Part shown: one piece after another, positions 9,192 through 14,740 of the stretch
Layout of the letters: each line of letters opens with the position of its first letter
Numbering within the stretch: the stretch's first letter is position 1
Source of the DNA: Candidatus Methylomirabilia bacterium
GTDB taxonomy: Bacteria; Methylomirabilota; Methylomirabilia; Rokubacteriales; CSP1-6
DNA: 14,740 nucleotides
Assembly (NCBI GenBank): GCA_041497895.1
Contig: JBGQHJ010000125.1
Span: 1-14,740, forward strand
Direction: 5' to 3'
The notes under the pieces: generated by a model
The model's database searches: none
What the model was told of the DNA's origin: nothing
The model's input: only the letters and a program-made list of their open reading frames with translations
Program-made: the position numbers and the translations under genes

Positions 9192-11597
9192 AGAGGCGAA
9201 GGGCCTCTCCGCGATATTCTCCGCCGGCTGGCCGAAGGCGGACTCGACGACCTTCGGCTCGGGGAACGTGAAGACGGGCAGGCGGTCGGGCCCGAGCCGG
9301 GGCGTCTTGCCCTGGCGCTTGCTCTCCATCGCCTTCACCACCTTCTCCGGGGAGATCGGCGTCTCGTCGATGCGGACACCGACCGCGTCGTACACCGCGT
9401 TGGCCACCGCCGGGATCACCGGCAGCAGCGGCCCCTGCCCCGCCTCCTTGGCCCCGAACGGCCCTTCCGGATCGTCGCCCTCCACCAGGATGGTGTGGAT
9501 CTCCGGCGTCTCGAGCGTGGTCGGGCTCTTGTACTCGAGCAGCGACGGGATCTTGTGCACGCCCTTGCGGAAGACCTGCTCCTCCATCAGCACCTCGCCG
9601 AGCCCCATGTAGACGGAGCCCTCGACCTGGCCTTCCACGAGCAGCGGGTTGAGCGCCCGGCCCACGTCGTGGGCGATCCAGACCTCGGTGGGCTTCACCT
9701 CCCCGGTCTCGCGGTCCACGTCGACCTCGACCACGCACGCCGAGTAGGAGTAGCAGGGTGAGGGCCCGACGCCGCCGCCCTTGTACTTGCCGGCGCGCTT
9801 CGGGGGCGCGTAGGAGCCGGGGAACGCCAGCACCCCGAACATGCTCTCGGCCAGCACCACCGCCTGGGAAAAGTCCACCCCACGGTCGGGATCGCCGTCC
9901 ACGAAGACGCGTCGGTCGGCGGCCACCAGCCGGTCCGGCGTGGTCTCGAGCTTGCGCGCCACCGCCTCGAAGATCTTCCCGCGCAGCCGCTCCGCGGCCT
10001 GGATCGCGGCGTTGCCCGCCATCAGGGTCACGCGCGAGGAGTAGGAGCCCAGATCCACCGGGGTGAGATCGGTGTCGGCCGGGTGCACGCGGATGTCCTT
10101 GGGCTCGATGCCGAGCACCTCCGCGACCAGGTAGGCGAGGATCGAGTCCGAGCCCTGCCCGATGTCGGTGGCCCCGCAGAGCACCGCCACCAGGCCGCTG
10201 CGATCGGCGCGCACCACGACGCCGGAGTGCGGCATGTCGTTCCAGTAGATCGCGGTCCCCGCGCCGGTGAGGTACGAGGAGCACGCGATCCCGATGCCCT
10301 TGCCGGGCGGCAGGGTCCCCCGCTTCTGCCGCCAGCCGGAGGCCTCGACCACGCGGTCGATGCACTCGCCGAGCCCGATCGTGGTCACGGTCAGGTGGTT
10401 CGCGGTCTTCACGAACGGCTCGGCCAGGTTGCGGCGCCGCATGTCGGCGGGGTCGAGCCCGAGCTGCTCGGCCGCCTTGTCGATCTGGCACTCCATCGCG
10501 AAGCGCGGCTGGGGCGTCCCGTGCCCGCGCTTGGGCCCGCACGGCGGCTTGTTGGTGAACACGCGCGCGCCCTCGAACTTGTAGACCGGGATCTGATAGG
10601 TCACGGTCTGGAGCGCGCCGGTATAGAAGGTGGAGGCCACCCCGTAGGAGCCGTAGGCCCCGCCGTCGAGCCACGAGCGGAAGTGCATCCCGGTGATGGC
10701 GCCGTCCTTCCGGAAGCCGGTCTTGATCCACATCAGCACGGGATGGCGCCCACGGTGGACGTAGAAGACCTCCTCGCGCGTGAGGGTGATCTTCACCGGC
10801 CGGCCGCTGAGCTGCGAGAGCCTGCACGCCGCGATCTCGTGCGCGAAGGGGTCGAGCTTGCCGCCGAAGCCGCCCCCCACCGGCGCGGCCACCACCCGGA
10901 TGTGGGCCTGCGGCACGTCGAGGATCTTGGCGAGGAGCCGGTGCACGTAGTGCGGCGTCTGCGTCGACGACCAGAGCGTCAGCTTGCCGTCGGCACCCCA
11001 CTGGGCCACCGCGGAATGCTGCTCCATCGGCAGGTGGGTGTTGCCCTCGAAGAAGAACACGTCCTCCCGGACCAGGTCGGCCGCGGCGAAGGCCGCCTCC
11101 ACGTCGCCGAACTGGAGCGCCACCGCCTTGTGCACGTTCGGCCGGTCGCCGTACTCGTGGATCCGCACCTCCGGATGCGCCAGCGAGTCCTCGATGGACA
11201 TGAGCGGCCGCAGCGGCTCGTACTCGACCTCGATCAGCTCGGTGGCCCGCTCGGCGGTCTCCTCGTCCACCGCGGCCACCGCGGCCACCGCATCGCCGAC
11301 CATGCGGACCTTCTCCACGCAGAGGGCTTCCTCGTCCTGAGAGACCGGCAGGATGCCGAACTTCACCCGCGGCAGGTCGTGGCCGGTGATGACCGCGTAG
11401 ACCCCGGGCAGGGCCCGGGCGCGCGTGGTGTCGATGCGCTTGATCAGGGCGTGCGGGTGCGGGCTGCGCAGCAGCTTGCCGTGGGCCATGCGCGACATCA
11501 GGAGGTCGTCGGCGAACTTGGTCTCGCCGACCACCTTGGCCCACGCGTCGATCTTGGGCCGCGACTGGCCGATGATCGAGAAGCGATCCTTTGTCAT
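9138..11597 (-). CDS. hcrA: 4-hydroxybenzoyl-CoA reductase-like alpha subunit (molybdopterin, xanthine oxidase family), 819 aa
   Basis: The likely start is ATG at 11597 (MTKDRFSIIG; ATGA overlap with the hcrC stop) rather than 11939. Motifs: RSPHPHA, STQTP, GGGFGGK, GGAY, RGHG, DIGQGS, GSYSSRVT, EGQVEG, GPFGAKE. RGHG, SYSSRVT and AKE are HcrA-like. Confidence 0.85.
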   Translation of the reverse strand: MTKDRFSIIGQSRPKIDAWAKVVGETKFADDLLMSRMAHGKLLRSPHPHALIKRIDTTRARALPGVYAVITGHDLPRVKFGILPVSQDEEALCVEKVRMVGDAVAAVAAVDEETAERATELIEVEYEPLRPLMSIEDSLAHPEVRIHEYGDRPNVHKAVALQFGDVEAAFAAADLVREDVFFFEGNTHLPMEQHSAVAQWGADGKLTLWSSTQTPHYVHRLLAKILDVPQAHIRVVAAPVGGGFGGKLDPFAHEIAACRLSQLSGRPVKITLTREEVFYVHRGRHPVLMWIKTGFRKDGAITGMHFRSWLDGGAYGSYGVASTFYTGALQTVTYQIPVYKFEGARVFTNKPPCGPKRGHGTPQPRFAMECQIDKAAEQLGLDPADMRRRNLAEPFVKTANHLTVTTIGLGECIDRVVEASGWRQKRGTLPPGKGIGIACSSYLTGAGTAIYWNDMPHSGVVVRADRSGLVAVLCGATDIGQGSDSILAYLVAEVLGIEPKDIRVHPADTDLTPVDLGSYSSRVTLMAGNAAIQAAERLRGKIFEAVARKLETTPDRLVAADRRVFVDGDPDRGVDFSQAVVLAESMFGVLAFPGSYAPPKRAGKYKGGGVGPSPCYSYSACVVEVDVDRETGEVKPTEVWIAHDVGRALNPLLVEGQVEGSVYMGLGEVLMEEQVFRKGVHKIPSLLEYKSPTTLETPEIHTILVEGDDPEGPFGAKEAGQGPLLPVIPAVANAVYDAVGVRIDETPISPEKVVKAMESKRQGKTPRLGPDRLPVFTFPEPKVVESAFGQPAENIAERPFASAPHPQAPHPALSPEGRG

Positions 11598-12073
11598 GTC
11601 CGGGCCCTTTCGATGCGCAGGGCGGCGAGCTCGACGGCGTCGAGGATCTTGGTGTACCCCGTGCACCGGCAGAGATTGCCGGCCAGGGCCTGCTTGATCT
11701 CGTCCCGGGTCGGGCTGGGCGTCTCCTCGAGCAGGGCTTCCGCGGTGAGGAGAATGCCGGGGGTGCAGTACCCGCACTGGGCCGCGCCGAGCTCGGCAAA
11801 CGCCTGCTGTAGCGGGTGGAGCTCCCCGCCCCGCGCCATGCCCTCCACCGTCCGGATCTCGCGCCCCTGGCACTCGACCGGCAGGGCCAGGCAGGAGAGC
11901 ACCGGGAGACCGTCCACCAGCACGGTGCACGTGCCACACTCGCCCAGCTCGCAGCCGTGCTTGGTCCCGGTGAGGTTCAGGTCTTCCCGCAGGACCTCGA
12001 GCAGGGTCTTATGCGGCGCCGCGAGCACGTCGCGGTCCTCACCGTTGATCCTGAGGCTCAGGAGGGTCTTCAT
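11594..12073 (-). CDS. hcrC: 2x[2Fe-2S] small subunit of the Mo enzyme (HcrC/CoxS type)
   Basis: TGTKHGCELGECGTCTVLVDG...SCL, QCGYCTPG, GNLCRCTGY. Confidence 0.9.
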   Translation of the reverse strand: MKTLLSLRINGEDRDVLAAPHKTLLEVLREDLNLTGTKHGCELGECGTCTVLVDGLPVLSCLALPVECQGREIRTVEGMARGGELHPLQQAFAELGAAQCGYCTPGILLTAEALLEETPSPTRDEIKQALAGNLCRCTGYTKILDAVELAALRIERART

Positions 12074-12095
12074 GATTGCGTGAGGATGAAACTGG

Positions 12096-12131
12096 ACTTA
12101 AGTAATACTAAATCGGGTCGGCCGCTGTCAA
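12096..12131 (-). promoter_or_regulatory. Probable sigma70 promoter of the hcr-box operon with an overlapping inverted repeat
   Basis: Perfect TTGACA (12131-12126) followed by an AT-rich patch TTTAGTATTACTTAAGT. Candidate -10 elements are TAGTAT (spacer 15) or TATTAC (spacer 18), neither ideal. The imperfect palindrome TTAAGTA-A-TACTAAA lies at 12098-12112. Confidence 0.6.
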
Positions 12132-12324
12132 GCGGGCCACCATGCGCACGTTGCGTGGCGCCTGTCTCAGCGCTTCGCGGGTTCGGAACCTCTGGGTGTG
12201 GGTTTTCGTCGAAGGAGGGGAGCGGCGAGTACGTCGACGACTCCAGGCGATGAAGCGTTTCGTCTGGTTCTAGCGGCCTATCTGACACCACCGGTAAAGG
12301 GTGCGGAAGCCGTCCGCTTCGACT

Positions 12325-12347
12325 TCGGCGGAGCAGCCTCCCGCCGA
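12325..12347 (-). terminator. Hairpin 3 nt after the stop of the FAAL-ACP-AOS gene
   Basis: TCGGCGG (12325-12331) and CCGCCGA (12341-12347) form an inverted repeat. No U-tract. Confidence 0.3.
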
Positions 12348-12350
12348 TGC

Positions 12351-14740
12351 CTAACCGTGAACTGGGCCAGCCTGGCCCAAGTACTTCGGGTTGATTCGTT
12401 CGACTTCTTCGGCCGTTACGTCGACAGAGTGGCGGACTTGCTCCTCCGTGTGGCTGGCGGTGATGAAGAACCGCAGCCGCGCGGCCCGCTCTTCGACGGC
12501 GGGATAGAGAATCGGCTGGACGTTGATCCCGCGGTCGAACATCGCGCGCGCAAGCCGCAAGCAATGAACCGAGTCCCCCAGGATCACCGGCACGATCGGC
12601 GAGTCCTTGCTCAGGCCGGTGTTCAGTCCCCGCGACCGAGCCAGCGTCAGGAACAGTCGCGCCCGGTCATGAAGCCGGGCCACCCTCTCGGGCTCGTCCT
12701 TCAGCAGCCGGATTGCCGCCAGGGCGGCCGCGGCGTTGGCCGGGGAGATTCCGACGCTGTACACGAAGCCCGGCGCCGTGTACTTCAGGTACTCGACCAC
12801 AGCCCGACAGCCGGCGATGTATCCGCCGCAACTGCCGAACGACTTACTCAGGGTGCCCATCCAGAGGTCGACGTCCTGGGGATCCACGCCGAAGTATTCG
12901 CCGATGCCGCGTCCGTGGGGTCCCAGGACGCCGGCTGAGTGGGCCTCGTCGACCATGAGGAAGGCCTTGTGGCGGTTCTTTACTCCGATGAACCGAGGCA
13001 GGTCCGGGATGTCGCCATCCGTACTGTAGACGCCCTCGATCGCTACCAGCACGCGGCGATAGTCACCGCGCAAGTCGGCCAATAGCCTGTCCACCACCTG
13101 CCAGTTGTTGTGGGGAAAGGGACGCCGCTGGGCGCGCGACAGAATGGACCCCTGGACGATGCTGTTGTGCGCCAGGGCGTCGTGCAGAATCAGGTCCCCG
13201 GGCCCGAACAGGTGTCCCACCGTGGTCTCATTCGTCGAGTGCCCTCCGACGAAGGCAATCGCGTCGGCGGCACCGATGAAGTCGGCAATCGCCAGCTCCA
13301 GCTCGCGGTGCAGGCCCGTCTCTCCGGAAACCAGGCGGCTCGCCGAAACCGATGTCCCATAGCGATCGATTGCTGCCTTGGCTGCGGCTGCCACCACTGG
13401 ATCACCCGACATGCCCACGTAGTTGTAGCTGGAGAAGTTGATCATTTCCCGACCGTCGATCACGGTCGTGTCGTTGGCGACCCGCTCGTGCACTTTGAAG
13501 AATGGGTTGCCCAATCCGGTCGATTCGAGCATCTCAAGGTTCTGTTTCAGCTTGATGTATTCCGGGTAACGGTCGAACCGATGGTCTTCCGATGGGATCT
13601 CGACCGCCCGCGACGCTTCGCGGGTGTCACGGCCGTACACCAGGTGCTTCTGGACCGCGTCGATTACTTCGCGGCAAGTGTACATCTCGGCGATGACCTC
13701 GTCCGGGAGCCGGCCGCCAAAGTGGTCCTCCAATGCCGCGACAATCTCCATTCGCTCCAGCGAGTCCAGCCCCAGCTCGACGATCGACGAGTCCAGTTCG
13801 AGTCCGACCGTCCGGTCCTTGCCGATGGACCGGACCACGTCCAAGACGATCTCGGCCGTCGCTTCGAGTGTCTGCCACCTGGCCGCAGCTTGGCTACTGT
13901 TCGAAGTCGATGGGCCGCGAGCGGCCTCTGGCCGAGGCTGCTCGGCTGCCTCGCCAAGGCTCCGGCCTTCGGATGCCGGCACTGGGCCTGCCGGCCCACG
14001 GGGTGGCGCGGAGGGGGCAGCGACCGGCCCGTCGCTCCCTGCCCGATGCCATTCGCCCTCTACTTCCAGGCTTCGGTCCAGGAACGCATCACGGCAAACA
14101 TGCCGCTGGATCTTGCCGCTAGAGGTCTTGGGGATACTCCCGGCGCGTACGAGCACGATCGCGTCGACCACGAGCTCATGCTCCCTGGCCACGTCGCGGC
14201 GGATCGCGTCGATCACCTGGGCCGCCTCCGCCCGGTGGCGCCGTTCCAACTCCAGGATGATCACCAGCTTCTGTTCGGCACCCGCCTCCACGGTGAACAC
14301 AGCGCTCCAGCCCGCTAGCACGCCCGGGTGGCTCGTTGCCGCCGTGGCTTCTATGTCTTGTGGGTAATGGTTGCAGCCGTGGACGATCACCAGATCCTTC
14401 AGCCGGCCAGTGACGAACAACTCGTTGTCGTGCGTAAAACCCAAGTCACCGGTACGCAGGAACGGGCCCTCGCCCGTATCTTGCAAGTACGCGCGGAACG
14501 TCTGCTCCGTTTCGTCGGTTCGCTGCCAATATCCTTGCGCGACGCTTGGCCCCGACACCCAGACCTCGCCGACCTGGCCAGCCGGCATGCGGGTCAGCCG
14601 GTCCGGGTCGGCAATGACCGTCTGCTGGTCGGGCATGGTCTGTCCGCATCCGACCAGGGCTCGGGCCCCGCGCTCGCCGGATGCGATCGGCACGGCGCGG
14701 TCGACCTCCAACGACTTGCTATCGAACCAGCGGACGATGG
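12351..14740 (-). CDS. Fusion of fatty acyl-AMP ligase, acyl carrier protein and PLP alpha-oxoamine synthase (BioF/SPT family); 5' end beyond the window edge
   Basis: The frame stays open to the edge (IVRWFDSKSLEVDR...). Adenylation motifs RTGDLGF, GRLKDL..NHYPQDIE, IPKTSSGKIQR. Pro/Ala linker. ACP motif LGLDSL (Ser codon 13761-13763). AOS motifs NFSSYNY, SASRLVSG, HNS, DEAHS, GTLSKSFG (PLP Lys codon 12843-12845). Confidence 0.92.
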   Translation of the reverse strand, partial: IVRWFDSKSLEVDRAVPIASGERGARALVGCGQTMPDQQTVIADPDRLTRMPAGQVGEVWVSGPSVAQGYWQRTDETEQTFRAYLQDTGEGPFLRTGDLGFTHDNELFVTGRLKDLVIVHGCNHYPQDIEATAATSHPGVLAGWSAVFTVEAGAEQKLVIILELERRHRAEAAQVIDAIRRDVAREHELVVDAIVLVRAGSIPKTSSGKIQRHVCRDAFLDRSLEVEGEWHRAGSDGPVAAPSAPPRGPAGPVPASEGRSLGEAAEQPRPEAARGPSTSNSSQAAARWQTLEATAEIVLDVVRSIGKDRTVGLELDSSIVELGLDSLERMEIVAALEDHFGGRLPDEVIAEMYTCREVIDAVQKHLVYGRDTREASRAVEIPSEDHRFDRYPEYIKLKQNLEMLESTGLGNPFFKVHERVANDTTVIDGREMINFSSYNYVGMSGDPVVAAAAKAAIDRYGTSVSASRLVSGETGLHRELELAIADFIGAADAIAFVGGHSTNETTVGHLFGPGDLILHDALAHNSIVQGSILSRAQRRPFPHNNWQVVDRLLADLRGDYRRVLVAIEGVYSTDGDIPDLPRFIGVKNRHKAFLMVDEAHSAGVLGPHGRGIGEYFGVDPQDVDLWMGTLSKSFGSCGGYIAGCRAVVEYLKYTAPGFVYSVGISPANAAAALAAIRLLKDEPERVARLHDRARLFLTLARSRGLNTGLSKDSPIVPVILGDSVHCLRLARAMFDRGINVQPILYPAVEERAARLRFFITASHTEEQVRHSVDVTAEEVERINPKYLGQAGPVHG

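Noticed and set aside
9121..11937. 938-aa alternative-frame minus-strand ORF over hcrA, and similar ones at 4457..5923 and 2381..3394
   Set aside because: Arg/Gly/Pro-rich frame-shift shadows expected from GC-rich codon usage; there is no domain signal.
11598..11939. N-terminal extension of hcrA in the ORF track
   Set aside because: It overlaps hcrC in another frame. Family similarity begins at MTKDRF, where an ATGA overlap marks the start.
12070..12564. ORFs crossing the hcrC-AOS intergenic region (164 aa minus, 145 aa and 246 aa plus)
   Set aside because: They overlap real genes or the promoter and show no motif or codon bias.
12351..13560. Calling the AOS domain bioF
   Set aside because: It is fused to FAAL and ACP with no bio genes in view, so a biotin role is unsupported.

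Overview
High-GC bacterial DNA in which every credible gene lies on the minus strand. Read in the direction of transcription (right to left), there are three blocks. (1) A 5'-truncated fusion of a fatty acyl-AMP ligase, an ACP and a PLP alpha-oxoamine synthase (12351..>14740). (2) A tightly packed 8-gene aromatic-catabolism operon (2431..12073): hcrC-hcrA-hcrB (4-hydroxybenzoyl-CoA reductase-like Mo/FAD/FeS enzyme), an XRE-cupin regulator, boxC, boxB, a Rid-family protein and benzoate-CoA ligase. (3) A probable signalling/envelope block: stand-alone PAS protein, metallo-beta-lactamase-fold hydrolase, secreted FecR-domain protein, and a lipoprotein the ORF track missed. The main observation is that an HCR-type enzyme, normally part of anaerobic metabolism, is co-transcribed with the O2-dependent BoxB/BoxC ring-cleavage genes, while boxA, boxD and boxR are absent from the operon. 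The Mo subunit also has Gln at the usual catalytic Glu position, and a palindromic repeat appears to supply the hcrA C-terminus and stop codon and the hcrB ribosome-binding site. Family calls come from motif recognition and remembered reference sequences; no searches were run.
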